Shown here in pieces: positions 53,957-64,000 of a DNA stretch of 64,000 nucleotides (positions are counted from its first letter, which is position 1; each line of letters starts with the position of its first letter). The translations under genes and the position numbers were made by a program. A model generated the notes under the pieces. It searched no databases and was not told where the DNA came from. It saw only the letters and a program-made list of their open reading frames with translations. Source of the stretch: Actinomycetota bacterium (GTDB lineage: Bacteria > Actinomycetota > Actinomycetes > S36-B12); NCBI GenBank assembly GCA_030650795.1, contig JAUSDJ010000031.1, positions 283,413 to 347,412 of the forward strand, in the 5' to 3' direction.

Positions 53957-54163
53957 TTAGGCGATGTCGACGAAGGAGTCGCGCAGATAATCCTGAACTG
54001 CCTGCTCGGGCACTCGGAAGGAGCGTCCGACACGCACTGCGGGGAGCTCGCCGTGATGCACGAGCCGGTAGACCGTCATCTTGGAGACGCGCATCAGTGC
54101 TGCGACCTCGGCCACAGTCAAGAACCGGACCTCGCTCAGTGACCGGTCAGTGCCTGTCGACAT
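53957..54163 (-). CDS. Excisionase-family HTH DNA-binding protein (Rv0500A/BdtA-like, chromosomal)
   Basis: FLTVAEVAALMRVSKMTVYRLVHHGELPAVRVGRSFRVPE. Confidence 0.92.
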   Translation of the reverse strand: MSTGTDRSLSEVRFLTVAEVAALMRVSKMTVYRLVHHGELPAVRVGRSFRVPEQAVQDYLRDSFVDIA

Positions 54164-54287
54164 CTCCCACCAAACTTCCTGCTTCGAAGTCGCACCAGCA
54201 CCCCGGTGACCCACGACTTGCAACGCGAAACGGCAATCTAGTGCCCACGGGCTGCATTGCAAAGATGCGGGACGTATTTGCGCTCCC

Positions 54288-55484
54288 CTAGTACCAATCC
54301 ACCGGCTCGGTCACCAGCCCCCAAGACGGATAAACGGCCTTTCGGGTGGCCAGCACGGCCTGGTCAACTCGGTCTTCAGGATCGAAGCCGAACTCGAATG
54401 GGCGAGGCCAAGGAGTCTGCCCGTCGGTCATGCGTTCCGGACTGGGCCGGTGCAGCGAATCCTGGACGAAGTCGCGGTAGACCTCTGGCACCATCGAAGC
54501 TGGATCAATCGGGTGACCAGTGACTTCGGCTATCAGATGCGTCCAGGCTCTGGGCACAACCTCAGGACAGGCGTAGCCGCCGCCACCAACTGCCAGCCAC
54601 TTGCCATCGGCATACTCATGAGCCCAGCGATGGACAAGCTCATAGGACATCCGCTGGCCATCAATGCTCATCGTCAGATGCCCGAGTGGATCCAGCAGGT
54701 GGGCATCTGCTCCTTGCTGAGTCACCAGAATCTGCGGTTGGAATGCTTGGAGAATGTCTGGGACGACCGCAGAGAAGGCACGCAGCCAACCCTGATCTCC
54801 AGTGCCCGCAGGAAGAGCCAGGTTCACAGCACTGCCTTGGGCATTCGGGCCGCCGATTTCCGCCGGGAAGCCACTGCCGGGAAAAAGAGTCACTGGGCTC
54901 TCGTGGATTGAGATCGTCACCACGCGCGGTTCATCCCAGAAGATGGCCTGCACGCCGTCACCGTGGTGCACATCAAGATCGAGGTATGCAATGCGTTCAT
55001 ATCCCTCATCCAGCAGCCACTGGATTGCGACGCCGAGATCGTTGTAGACGCAGAATCCCTCGGCCGCATCAGGCATCGCATGATGATGCCCGCCGGAAAG
55101 ACTCACCACATGCTCGAAGTTGCCGGAGAGCACTGCCCGTGCACCCATCAACGTGGCTCCGGCAACGCGAGCTGACTCACGATGCATTTCGGCGAACACG
55201 GGTACGTCAGTCGTGCCAAGGCCATGCTCGAGATCGATTGTGTTCGTGTCGGTGGATGCAGCAATTACCGCATCGACATATGTCGACGTGTGCACGCGCT
55301 CCAGCAGTTCGCGTTCAACAGGCTCGACAGAAGTGAGCACCTCGACATTCACATGCGAGAAAAGTCCGAGCTCATGAGACAAGCGCATTGCCAATTGCGC
55401 GCGCATCGGTGCCAGCGGATGCGAAGGGCCAAGGTCATAGTTGCTGAGAGCGTCATCCCACACCACTCCGACGCGAGCGCTCAT
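54288..55484 (-). CDS. acuC: AcuC / histone deacetylase family protein
   Basis: GPSHPLAP, GGHHHA, GFCVYND, DLDVHHGDG, DPL, GGGGY. Confidence 0.92.
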   Translation of the reverse strand: MSARVGVVWDDALSNYDLGPSHPLAPMRAQLAMRLSHELGLFSHVNVEVLTSVEPVERELLERVHTSTYVDAVIAASTDTNTIDLEHGLGTTDVPVFAEMHRESARVAGATLMGARAVLSGNFEHVVSLSGGHHHAMPDAAEGFCVYNDLGVAIQWLLDEGYERIAYLDLDVHHGDGVQAIFWDEPRVVTISIHESPVTLFPGSGFPAEIGGPNAQGSAVNLALPAGTGDQGWLRAFSAVVPDILQAFQPQILVTQQGADAHLLDPLGHLTMSIDGQRMSYELVHRWAHEYADGKWLAVGGGGYACPEVVPRAWTHLIAEVTGHPIDPASMVPEVYRDFVQDSLHRPSPERMTDGQTPWPRPFEFGFDPEDRVDQAVLATRKAVYPSWGLVTEPVDWY

Positions 55485-56275
55485 GAACGCGCAAGCTCTT
55501 GACTGCGATCGCGAGCTGCGAGCATCGCTTGGACGATTGCATCACCAACGGCTTGCTCGTTCAAGACGTCGATCGCCGCTGCTGTGGTGCCGTTGGGAGA
55601 GGTGACGTTTGTGCGTAGGGTCGTCGGAGATTCCGTGGATGCGGCCAGCAGTTCGGCCGAACCAAGCAGAGTCTGTACAACTGCGGCGCGGGCATCGCTC
55701 GCACTCAAACCAGCCTCCTGCGCGCCTCGAATCATTGCCTCAGCCAGGTAGAAGACATAGGCAGGGCCACTTCCAGAAGTTGCCGTGATCGCATCTTGGA
55801 GATCCTCGGGGATTTCGAGCACGAGACCGACCGCCGCCAGCAAGCTCGCGGCTTGCTCGAATTGCTCTGGACTGCAACTTGCACCAGCGCTGATCCCAAT
55901 GACCCCACGTTGAATGCGAGCCGGTGTGTTCGGCATAGCTCGCACTACTGCAGCTTGCGGAAGTATCTCGGAAATGAAAGAAGTGGTAATTCCCGCTGCG
56001 ATGGAGATCACTAGTGCTGCTGCCGGAACTGCCTCGGCAATTTCCGCAAGTGCCTCTCGCATATCTTGCGGCTTCACCACCACGATGATGACTTCCGCAT
56101 CAGCCACTGCCGTTTGGGCTGCGGAACTCTGAATTGAGTATTGAACAGTAAGTTCCTTCGCTCGCTCCGCACGCTTTTCGACCACAGTGACAGTGGGTTG
56201 CGGATCGAATTGGAGGAGTCCGGCTATCAAGGCTTCACCCATGACCCCGCCACCGAGCACGGCTATTCGAGTCAT
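55481..56275 (-). CDS. proC: Pyrroline-5-carboxylate reductase
   Basis: LGGGVMG, VKPQ, RAMPNTPA, SGSGPAY, VTSPNGTT (alternative start 56281). Confidence 0.96.
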   Translation of the reverse strand: MTRIAVLGGGVMGEALIAGLLQFDPQPTVTVVEKRAERAKELTVQYSIQSSAAQTAVADAEVIIVVVKPQDMREALAEIAEAVPAAALVISIAAGITTSFISEILPQAAVVRAMPNTPARIQRGVIGISAGASCSPEQFEQAASLLAAVGLVLEIPEDLQDAITATSGSGPAYVFYLAEAMIRGAQEAGLSASDARAAVVQTLLGSAELLAASTESPTTLRTNVTSPNGTTAAAIDVLNEQAVGDAIVQAMLAARDRSQELARS

Positions 56276-56319
56276 CCCCACCTCATCTCCAGCACCGCAA
56301 TCGAATCCGGCTGCCTGAC

Positions 56320-57108
56320 CTAGCCTGCCATGGGCGTGCTGTGCTCACGGGCGAAGGCCAAGGCCTCGCCGAGATCGCTGGCACGTTCGTCGTCATTGGC
56401 AGCCGCACGAGTGTTGACCTCGACGATGAGATTCCCGGTGAATCCGGTCGATGCCAGATGCGAGAGCACCTCAGCAACCGGTTGCGTACCGCGTCCGGGA
56501 ATCAGATGCTCATCGCGAGCCGAACCTGTTCCGTCGGCCAAATGCATATGCGCAACTCGTGAGCCGAGTTCACGAACAAGTCCCATCGCATCCGTCTTTG
56601 ACACCGCCGTATGCGAAAGATCAACGGTGGCATGCGCGTAGTCCTCATCGCGCACGTCCCAGCCCGGCGCATATGCCGTGATCTCCTGCGACAAGGCCCG
56701 CCACGGAAACATGTTCTCGACAGCGAACTGGATCTCCGTCTCGTTCTTCATTCGATCCAGACCATCGACAAAGCCCTGCGCGTAACCGCGCTGCCAGCGG
56801 AAGGGTGGATGCACGACGACCGTGCGTGCGCCAAGCTGCTCGGCCACAGATTGCGCCCGGCGCAGCTTTCCCCACGGCTCAGTCCCCCAGACGCGCTGCG
56901 TGACCAGCAGACAAGGCGAATGGATGGATAGGACGGGGACCTGATGAGTCTGAACAAGATCGAGCAGGCCGTAGGAATCCTGGCTCGTGGCATCAGTGCC
57001 GACCATGACCTCAACACCGTCATAGCCAAGGTCGGCAGCCATCTTGAAAGCCGCAGCCGTTCCCTCGGGAAAGACTGACGAGGTTGAAAGCCCGACGAGG
57101 GAACTCAT
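56320..57108 (-). CDS. Sugar phosphate isomerase/epimerase (AP endonuclease 2-like TIM barrel)
   Basis: [45 protein letters not shown]. Confidence 0.88.
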   Translation of the reverse strand: MSSLVGLSTSSVFPEGTAAAFKMAADLGYDGVEVMVGTDATSQDSYGLLDLVQTHQVPVLSIHSPCLLVTQRVWGTEPWGKLRRAQSVAEQLGARTVVVHPPFRWQRGYAQGFVDGLDRMKNETEIQFAVENMFPWRALSQEITAYAPGWDVRDEDYAHATVDLSHTAVSKTDAMGLVRELGSRVAHMHLADGTGSARDEHLIPGRGTQPVAEVLSHLASTGFTGNLIVEVNTRAAANDDERASDLGEALAFAREHSTPMAG

Positions 57109-59435
57109 CGCGGAGCCCGACGCCAACGATCCGTGATGCGCGTTGCGATCGCGACCGCAACAGCACCGATCGCCCCAACTCCCAAAGCGACGACCGAATA
57201 CCGCTCTGGCGAAAGTGAGAGTGCGAAGAATTTGGACAGGAACGGAATGAAAAGCACGGCGAGGAAGGCGAGAATCATCGCGAGCACGATCAGCAGTCGA
57301 ATGAGGTTCAGCGGGCGCGCGCTCTGAACAAGAACTGCAATAGCAACGATGAACAGCGTGACCGTGGCAGCTGCCTGCGAGTTGCCGACGCTCTCACCGA
57401 GATGCAATGCCACTCCATAACTCGTGAAGGCAGCAATGGCGCAGATCGCACCGGCTGGCGCAGTGAAGAGCAGTACTCGCTTGAAGAAGCCAGGCCGGAA
57501 TCGCTCCGTGTTCGGCATCAGGGCGAGGAAGAAGCCAGGGATGCCGATGGTGAGTGCGCCAATCAGTGTCAGATGACGAGGCAGGAACGGGAACTCAACT
57601 GCGAAGAGTCCAGTGGCTACAGAGATGATGACTGCGTAGAAGGATTTCGTCAGGAAGACATCGGAGACTCGCTCGATATTGCCGAGCACGCGACGGCCTT
57701 CGGTCACCACACTTGGCATAACCGACCACTTGTTGTCGAGAAGCACCAGTTGAGCAACGGCTCGAGTGGCCGCCGAGCCTGAGCCCATCGAAATACCAAG
57801 ATCAGCTGACTTCAGCGCGAGCACGTCGTTGACTCCGTCACCGGTCATGGCCACTGTCGAGCCAGTCAGGTGAAGCGCGTCAACCATCGCCTGCTTCTGC
57901 GTTGGCGTGACTCGGCCGAAGACCGAAGCATCGGCGACAGCTTTGCTCAACTCTGCAAGATCGGCGGGTAGAGAGCGAGCGTCAACCGGTGCATCTGCGC
58001 CGGGAACACCAGCCAGTGCCGCGATCGCACCAACAGTGACGGCGTTGTCACCTGAGATCACCTTGATCTGCACGCCCTGCGCAATGAAGTAGGCGACAGT
58101 CTCTGCCGCATCAGCACGCAACTGTTGATCGATGAGCACGAGTGCTTCGGCCTGAAGGCCTTGCAGTTGTGTTTCCGGACTCAGGCTGCCTGCTCCTGTG
58201 CGCGCGAGCACCAAGACCCGTGAGCCATCCGCGGCCAATTCCTGCGCGCGGGCCAGAGCCGAATCTGTTGGGTCAAGCACCATTTCGGGGGCGCCAATAA
58301 TCCAGGTGCCGTTTTCAGCGAAACTGCCCGAGGACCACTTGCGGGCACTGGAGAAGGGCACCATCGAAGACACAGGCCAGCCTGGATCCGGATATGAAGC
58401 CGCGACAGCAGCGAGGGTCGGGTTGGGCGAGGACTCAACAGCAGCGAGAGCGCCCAGCGCAGATCCTGCGTCATGTTGAGTTCCCTGCAGCACGACCAGG
58501 TCGCGCACATGCATCCCTGGCTCGGTCAGCGTGCCGGTCTTGTCTACACAGATGGTGTCGACTCGGGCCAGCACTTCGACCGCCGGCATGTCCTGCACCA
58601 GCACTTTCTTCTGCGCAAGCCGCACAACAGAAACGGCCATGGCGATGCTGGTCAGCAGCACCAGACCTTCAGGGACCATCGTGACCATTCCAGCGATCGT
58701 GCCGCGAATGGCATCGTCCCAACTTGCATCTGCGCGAACCCGTTGCGAGTAGAGCAGCAGTGCACCTATCGGAAGCAGCAGTAACGACACGACCCTGATG
58801 AAGCCGCTGATTGCATCGCGAAGTTCAGAGTTCGTCAGGTGGAATTGTTTGGCCTGTTCGGTCAAGCCGCCGGCGAACGAATCGCGCCCAACGCGAGTTG
58901 CACGCATGAGCCCACCGCCGGCAACGACGAAGGAGCCTGACATCGCTTCGTCATCGCTTTTCTTGTCCACTGGATCCGCCTCGCCAGTGAGCAAGCTCTC
59001 GTCAATCTCCAGGCCCGCAGATTCCAGCACCACGCCGTCGACGACGAGTTGGTCTCCAGGCGAAAGGACGAGGATGTCGTCAAGAACGACCTCACTGGAG
59101 GCGACCGAGAGGTCTTGCCCATCGCGTCGAACCACGGGACGGGCAGCGCCGAGGACCGACAGTTTCTCAAGGGCTCGCGCGGCGCGATATTCCTGCACGA
59201 TGCCGATGGCGGTGTTGGCCACGATTGCAAAGCCGAACAGCGAGTCTTGAAAAGGTGCAACAAGCAGCATCACGGCCCACATTGATCCGATGACGAGGTT
59301 GAACCAGGTGAGGGTGTTGGCCCGAATGATGTCGGTGAGGCTTCGACTCGTGGCCGAGGGAGCCAGGTTTATCTGTCCCGCACCTACCCGGGCTGCCACC
59401 TCCTGCGAGGTCAGCCCCGACTGCACACCAATCAT
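57105..59435 (-). CDS. P-type cation-transporting ATPase (CtpE-like)
   Basis: [32 protein letters not shown]; ATGA overlaps at both ends. Confidence 0.93.
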   Translation of the reverse strand: MIGVQSGLTSQEVAARVGAGQINLAPSATSRSLTDIIRANTLTWFNLVIGSMWAVMLLVAPFQDSLFGFAIVANTAIGIVQEYRAARALEKLSVLGAARPVVRRDGQDLSVASSEVVLDDILVLSPGDQLVVDGVVLESAGLEIDESLLTGEADPVDKKSDDEAMSGSFVVAGGGLMRATRVGRDSFAGGLTEQAKQFHLTNSELRDAISGFIRVVSLLLLPIGALLLYSQRVRADASWDDAIRGTIAGMVTMVPEGLVLLTSIAMAVSVVRLAQKKVLVQDMPAVEVLARVDTICVDKTGTLTEPGMHVRDLVVLQGTQHDAGSALGALAAVESSPNPTLAAVAASYPDPGWPVSSMVPFSSARKWSSGSFAENGTWIIGAPEMVLDPTDSALARAQELAADGSRVLVLARTGAGSLSPETQLQGLQAEALVLIDQQLRADAAETVAYFIAQGVQIKVISGDNAVTVGAIAALAGVPGADAPVDARSLPADLAELSKAVADASVFGRVTPTQKQAMVDALHLTGSTVAMTGDGVNDVLALKSADLGISMGSGSAATRAVAQLVLLDNKWSVMPSVVTEGRRVLGNIERVSDVFLTKSFYAVIISVATGLFAVEFPFLPRHLTLIGALTIGIPGFFLALMPNTERFRPGFFKRVLLFTAPAGAICAIAAFTSYGVALHLGESVGNSQAAATVTLFIVAIAVLVQSARPLNLIRLLIVLAMILAFLAVLFIPFLSKFFALSLSPERYSVVALGVGAIGAVAVAIATRITDRWRRAPR

Positions 59436-60361
59436 GCGGGCAGGCCATCCATTCGATGCAGGATCACACCTTCGCGAAGTGCCCACGGACAAATGGCAAG
59501 CGCATCGACGCTCAGTAATTCCATCGCCGCTTCGGCCACCACGGCGCCGGCGAGCAATTGTTCAGCGCGACCCTCAGAGACACCAGGGATCTTGGCTCGT
59601 TCAATGGTCGGCAATTTCGCAAGATCCCGAACCAGGGTCTGCACGTCTTCCAGGGTCAGGGTGCGTCGAACGTAGAGACCCTCGCTGGATGAAGGAGCAC
59701 CGGCGATGCGTGCCAGTTGCTTGAAGGTCTTGGAAGAAGCAACGCCGATGCGTGGCTCTCCCTCACGCCGCATCCGACCAACGACGCTGGCAATTGATGC
59801 CCGCACATGCTTGCGAAGGGCGCGAAGTTCTTCCGCGCTCGGCGGATCCTGCGAGAGATAGCTGCGGGTGAGGCGCCCTGCTCCCAACGGGAGCGAGACT
59901 GCAACGTCGGGCTCCTCATCGACACCTGAGGCAAGCTCGAGAGAACCACCGCCGATGTCCATCACCAAGAGGCGCCCGGCAGACCAGCCAAACCAGCGGC
60001 GTACGGCAAGAAAGGTCATTCGGGCCTCATCTTCGCCTGAGAGCACTTCTACTTCGAGTCCGGTTTCGGTGCGCAGCCGCTGCAACACGGCTTCGCCGTT
60101 CCCAGCTTCGCGTATGGCACTCGTGGCAAATGCCATCAACTCACTAACCCCAAGATCCTCAGACAGAGCTTGCGATTTTCGGATGAATTCAACGAGTGCA
60201 TCCATCGTTGAATCAGCGACATGGCCCTCTGCAGTCAGATGCTCTGCGAGTCTGAGCGGGATCTTGAGTTTGGAAGCCGGGATAGGTGCTGCGCCGTAGT
60301 GCGCATCCACGAGCAGCAGATGAACGGTGTTGGAACCGATGTCGAGAACTCCCATGCGCAC
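59432..60361 (-). CDS. ppx: Ppx/GppA exopolyphosphatase family
   Basis: [22 protein letters not shown]-like [17 protein letters not shown]; GTG 60361 with TACCGT -10. Confidence 0.92.
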   Translation of the reverse strand: MRMGVLDIGSNTVHLLLVDAHYGAAPIPASKLKIPLRLAEHLTAEGHVADSTMDALVEFIRKSQALSEDLGVSELMAFATSAIREAGNGEAVLQRLRTETGLEVEVLSGEDEARMTFLAVRRWFGWSAGRLLVMDIGGGSLELASGVDEEPDVAVSLPLGAGRLTRSYLSQDPPSAEELRALRKHVRASIASVVGRMRREGEPRIGVASSKTFKQLARIAGAPSSSEGLYVRRTLTLEDVQTLVRDLAKLPTIERAKIPGVSEGRAEQLLAGAVVAEAAMELLSVDALAICPWALREGVILHRMDGLPA

Positions 60362-60452
60362 GTGCTCACGGTATCTAAATATGCGCGCAACCGTGCAACC
60401 GTGCATCCGCCGGTGGCGAATCCGGATGAGACTTAGCCTTAGGCTCACTCCT

Positions 60453-61217
60453 ATGGCTGAGGTGCTCTTGGAGTTCCCACGACAGTGGTTCGAATGCGCC
60501 GATCCCGCCAATGAGAATCAACGTATTCGCGCCGACCTCACTTGGCTGACGTCCAAGTGGACCTGCATTTTTGGCCGCGGTTGCCCTGGTATCTACAAGT
60601 CCTCACCTGAAGCAGGCTGCTGCACACTGGGCGCGCATTTCTCCGACAAGGACGATCGCAAGCGCACTGAGAAGTGGGTTGAGAAACTCGATGCGAGCAG
60701 CTGGCAGCATCACAAGACCGGCACCAAGGATGGCTGGCTGGTCAAGGAAGACGGAGTTTGGAAGACCCGAGTGGTCGGCAAGAAGGCAGGCAGAGCCTGC
60801 ATCTTCCACAATGATTCCGATTTTGAGGGCGGCTACGGTTGCGCGCTGCACCATCTGGCGCAAAATGAAGGCATCTCCTTCACTGAGACCAAGCCCGAGG
60901 TGTGCTGGCAGGTACCGATGCGTCGTGCATACGAAACCGTTGAACACCCTGATGAAACTGAGAAGACCGTTGTCGTCATCAGTGAATACGACCGTGGCTC
61001 CTGGGGACCAGGTGGACATGATCTGGACTGGTATTGCAGCAGCAACTCCGAAGCACATATCGCGTCAGATCCGGTCTACATCTCGGCCAAGGATGAATTG
61101 ATCGCGCTCATCGGACCCAAGGGATACGTTCTGGTCGCCGATGCGTGCAGCAAGCTCGAGCAGATGCGGGCCACCACCGGCCTCAGCATCGCGCCCCATC
61201 CGGCCGACAAGCACTAG
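60453..61217 (+). CDS. Conserved Cys-rich actinobacterial protein (Rv0495c-like; possible Fe-S/Zn binding)
   Basis: [40 protein letters not shown]; divergent from ppx. Confidence 0.8.
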   Translation: MAEVLLEFPRQWFECADPANENQRIRADLTWLTSKWTCIFGRGCPGIYKSSPEAGCCTLGAHFSDKDDRKRTEKWVEKLDASSWQHHKTGTKDGWLVKEDGVWKTRVVGKKAGRACIFHNDSDFEGGYGCALHHLAQNEGISFTETKPEVCWQVPMRRAYETVEHPDETEKTVVVISEYDRGSWGPGGHDLDWYCSSNSEAHIASDPVYISAKDELIALIGPKGYVLVADACSKLEQMRATTGLSIAPHPADKH

Positions 61218-61248
61218 CGCGTCAGCCCCAAGCGCTACCGTCTCGGCC

Positions 61249-62637
61249 ATGGCACGAGCCACCACCACCTACCGATGCACGGCATGCGATGCAACGACGG
61301 TCCGTTGGGCTGGTCGGTGCCCGCGATGTGGGGCATTCGCAACGATGGATCTCGACGCGCCAGCCGCCTCAAGCCCGGGCATGAAGAGCGCTCTCACGGG
61401 CACAACGCCTGTGCGGCCAGCTCGCCCGATATCTGCCATCGCCAGTTCCGGGCCTATCCCCCGACTCACCACCGGAATCTCTGAATTCGATCGAGTTCTC
61501 GGTGGTGGTCTCGTTGCCGGGCAGATGTGCCTGCTGAGCGGTGCACCCGGCTCTGGCAAGAGCACTCTTGTGCTCGCGGTTGCTGACTCATTGGCCAAAC
61601 GCCTGGGCCGCCCTGTGCTCTATATATCTGGCGAAGAGTCCGTCGAGCAGATCGCCATTCGCGCGCAGCGCATCGGTGCTACCAGCGAACACCTGTTGCT
61701 GGCTGACGACACCGAGTTGTCATCGGCCATCGGCCACATCGACGCGCACTACCCCGAACTTGCACTCGTCATCGTCGATTCTGTGCAGACCATGGCCTCT
61801 TCGGACATCGAGGGTCGCGCTGGTGGCGTAACCCAGGTGATGGAGGTCGCTCAAGCCCTCACTCGCATCGCCAAGACTCGCAATGTGCCAATCATCCTGA
61901 TCGGCCAAGTCACCAAGGATTCCAATGTGGCCGGCCCGCGAGCTCTGGAGCACATCGTTGACGCGACCCTGTCGCTGGAGGGAGACCCCCACACATCGCT
62001 GCGGCTGCTGCGGTCCGTGAAGAACCGCTATGGCTCCTTGGAAGTCGCCGCCTTCGAGCAAACAGATACCGGTATGCAAGAGGTCCTTGATCCGAGCATG
62101 CTCTTCCGCGGGCATCGCGATACTCCAGTACCCGGCACGTGCATCACCGTGACTGTGGAAGGCAACCGTGCCCTCGCAGCCGAGGTGCAAGCCCTCGTGG
62201 CCGCCACCACCAACCCAAATCCGCGTCGCGGAGTATCTGGGCTCGATAACTCGCGCATGGCGATGCTCATTGCCGTTGCCGAGCGAAGCGCGAGTCTGCG
62301 CCTGTTCGACAAGGATGTCTTTCTGGCCACCATCGGCGGAATGCGATTGTCTGATCCCGGCAGCGATCTCGCGGTCTGCCTCGCTGTGGTCTCGGCCACC
62401 CATGAGTCAGCAATCGCCCTCGATCTTGCGGCGATCGGGGAGGTCACCTTGTCTGGCGACGTCCGCCCGGTGCCGCACATGACAGAGCGTGTGAGCGAGG
62501 CAGCACGGCTTGGATTTCGTCGATTGCTCGTTCCGGTAGGCACCAAGACTCGGGTACGCGATGGCGAACTTGAACTAGTCGAAGTACCAACCCTTGCCAA
62601 GGCCATTGCCGCCTTGCAAACTGGTCGGACCCGCTAG
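61249..62637 (+). CDS. radA: DNA repair protein RadA/Sms
   Basis: C4 zinc finger CTAC...CPRC, GAPGSGKST, SGEES, DSVQT, KNRYG, GEVTLSG. Confidence 0.96.
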   Translation: MARATTTYRCTACDATTVRWAGRCPRCGAFATMDLDAPAASSPGMKSALTGTTPVRPARPISAIASSGPIPRLTTGISEFDRVLGGGLVAGQMCLLSGAPGSGKSTLVLAVADSLAKRLGRPVLYISGEESVEQIAIRAQRIGATSEHLLLADDTELSSAIGHIDAHYPELALVIVDSVQTMASSDIEGRAGGVTQVMEVAQALTRIAKTRNVPIILIGQVTKDSNVAGPRALEHIVDATLSLEGDPHTSLRLLRSVKNRYGSLEVAAFEQTDTGMQEVLDPSMLFRGHRDTPVPGTCITVTVEGNRALAAEVQALVAATTNPNPRRGVSGLDNSRMAMLIAVAERSASLRLFDKDVFLATIGGMRLSDPGSDLAVCLAVVSATHESAIALDLAAIGEVTLSGDVRPVPHMTERVSEAARLGFRRLLVPVGTKTRVRDGELELVEVPTLAKAIAALQTGRTR

Positions 62638-63266
62638 TTCTTCGACGTCAGCGCGAATGGTGTCTTGTCGCTCTGCACGAGGTCGTTGCTGCCAGTCAGG
62701 TCGTAGGAGCCGGCTTTGGCAATTGCTCCCTGCTTATTGCAGCCCTTGGTCGAGAGTCGACTATCCCAAGTGATGCTTGAGGCAACCTTCTCCCCCGCTT
62801 CCAGCACCGATAGCTTGCTCGTATTGCTTGCGTTGCAGGCATCGCTGGACCACACCGGATACCCGCCTGAGGTTATGGACAGCGAGTTCGCCTTCGGCCC
62901 GATATCGCGGGTGCAGGCGAAGCTGCCGATGTTCTGAATGGTCAGAGTCAAACGTGGGCTGGCTCCAACGGGATAAGTCGACGAATCAGTTGTTGCCGAG
63001 ACCCCAATGCTGGTGTCCGGGCACAGGTTCTTTGGATCAGGCGCCGAAACGGGCGTCGTACTTGCATCAGGCGTAGCGCTCGCAGCCGGTGCACCGCTGG
63101 GCGAACTGGTAGCACTTGGTGGAGCAGCAACTCCCGAACTTGAGCGTCCGGCGACCAGCCACCACAGTCCGGCGAGCACAGTGAGCACGACGAGCACCAA
63201 GGCAACTCGGCGCCACCAGTACACCGATGGTGGCTCTGGACCCCTTGGTGTCATCACTCCGCTCAC
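62634..63266 (-). CDS. Membrane-anchored Ser/Pro-rich protein (Rv3587c-like)
   Basis: RGPEPPSVYWWRR + TM helix + low-complexity linker + Cys-containing extracellular domain. Confidence 0.75.
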   Translation of the reverse strand: MSGVMTPRGPEPPSVYWWRRVALVLVVLTVLAGLWWLVAGRSSSGVAAPPSATSSPSGAPAASATPDASTTPVSAPDPKNLCPDTSIGVSATTDSSTYPVGASPRLTLTIQNIGSFACTRDIGPKANSLSITSGGYPVWSSDACNASNTSKLSVLEAGEKVASSITWDSRLSTKGCNKQGAIAKAGSYDLTGSNDLVQSDKTPFALTSKN

Positions 63267-63314
63267 GATGGACACGGTAGTGGCAGGCCCTGCGAGTCAT
63301 GCGACGATCCACTC

Positions 63315-64000
63315 GTGGCGCGATCATCGACGGAAGTCACCGCGGTGATCACCTGGTTTGGCGAGCATGCACGCGCACTTCCGTGGCGAGAGTCCCAAGT
63401 GACGCCCTGGGGAATCTTGGTCAGCGAATTCATGCTGCAGCAGACACAGGTGGATCGGGTGATTCCCAAATGGGAACAGTGGATGCGCGAGTGGCCAACA
63501 CCAGCAGAGCTGGCGGCGGCGCCCATTGCTGATGTCCTGCTTGCCTGGCAGGGCCTTGGATATCCGCGTCGCGCTCTGCGTTTGCACTCAGCGGCGCAGG
63601 CCATCGTCGACAACTGGCAGGGCGAAGTTCCATGCGAGGAATCAGCGCTGCTCATGCTTCCCGGAGTTGGGCACTACACCGCCGCCGCGGTAGCGGCCTT
63701 TGCCTACGGACAGCCGACGGTCGTGCTCGACACGAATATTCGAAGGGTGATCGCCAGAGCCTGGGGTGGTCAAGCCGCAATGCCTGCACATCTGACGAAT
63801 GCTGAACGGGCCCTGGCCGCGGGCCTGGTTACCGAAACAACGGGCGCGCGCTGGTCAGCAGCTGTCATGGAGCTGGGAGCAGTCGTCTGCACCGCGCGAG
63901 CGCCGAAGTGCCAGGAGTGCCCGCTGCAGGGCTCCTGCCTGTGGCTTGCAGCTGGGCAGCCTCAGAACGGACCCCAGGCCCGCAGGCAGCCACACTTCGA
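63315..64000 (+). CDS. mutY: A/G-specific adenine glycosylase (partial; runs off window edge)
   Basis: Manual translation WFGEHARALPWR...ILVSEFMLQQTQVDRV...GLGYPRRA...LPGVGHYTA...LDTN...MELGAVVCTARAPKCQECPL. Confidence 0.95.
   Translation, partial: MARSSTEVTAVITWFGEHARALPWRESQVTPWGILVSEFMLQQTQVDRVIPKWEQWMREWPTPAELAAAPIADVLLAWQGLGYPRRALRLHSAAQAIVDNWQGEVPCEESALLMLPGVGHYTAAAVAAFAYGQPTVVLDTNIRRVIARAWGGQAAMPAHLTNAERALAAGLVTETTGARWSAAVMELGAVVCTARAPKCQECPLQGSCLWLAAGQPQNGPQARRQPHF

Noticed and set aside
53957-54163. Excisionase-like gene as a sign of a prophage or ICE
   Set aside because: It is the conserved chromosomal Rv0500A/BdtA-type gene next to bS22. No integrase, att repeats or phage genes are nearby.

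Overview
Core-genome window of a compact, roughly 60% GC (estimated by eye) actinobacterium. A free-living freshwater Nanopelagicales-like lineage is plausible but is only an inference. Gene order closely follows the conserved Mycobacterium/Streptomyces backbone: rpoC(5' end)-rpoB-rplL-rplJ-[GAF/HD-GYP insert]-rplA-rplK-nusG-secE-tRNA-Trp, a CDF transporter, an aminotransferase, murB, hadAB-like dehydratases, rpmG, tRNA-Met/Thr/Tyr with a few accessory genes, yajQ, a 3-gene nuoB/C/I paralog mini-operon, polyprenyl synthase, the full nuoA-N operon, menaquinone genes (menG, F, D, C, B, E, A), system II cytochrome c maturation, hemD, rex, bS22, acuC, proC, a P-type ATPase, ppx, radA and mutY (partial). 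I saw no mobile elements or CRISPR. The most notable signals are: (1) a translationally coupled, cysteine-intact nuoB2-C2-I2 Fe-S mini-module lacking NuoD and all membrane subunits; (2) clean absence of hemA/C/B/L from their usual locus, leaving an orphan CobA-HemD fusion in one apparent operon with rex and cytochrome c maturation genes, suggesting heme auxotrophy; (3) absence of disA after radA alongside c-di-GMP-related genes; (4) a CDF transporter that appears to lack all four canonical metal-site ligands; (5) a tRNA-Trp with C38. All family assignments come from motif recognition and recalled synteny, not database searches.
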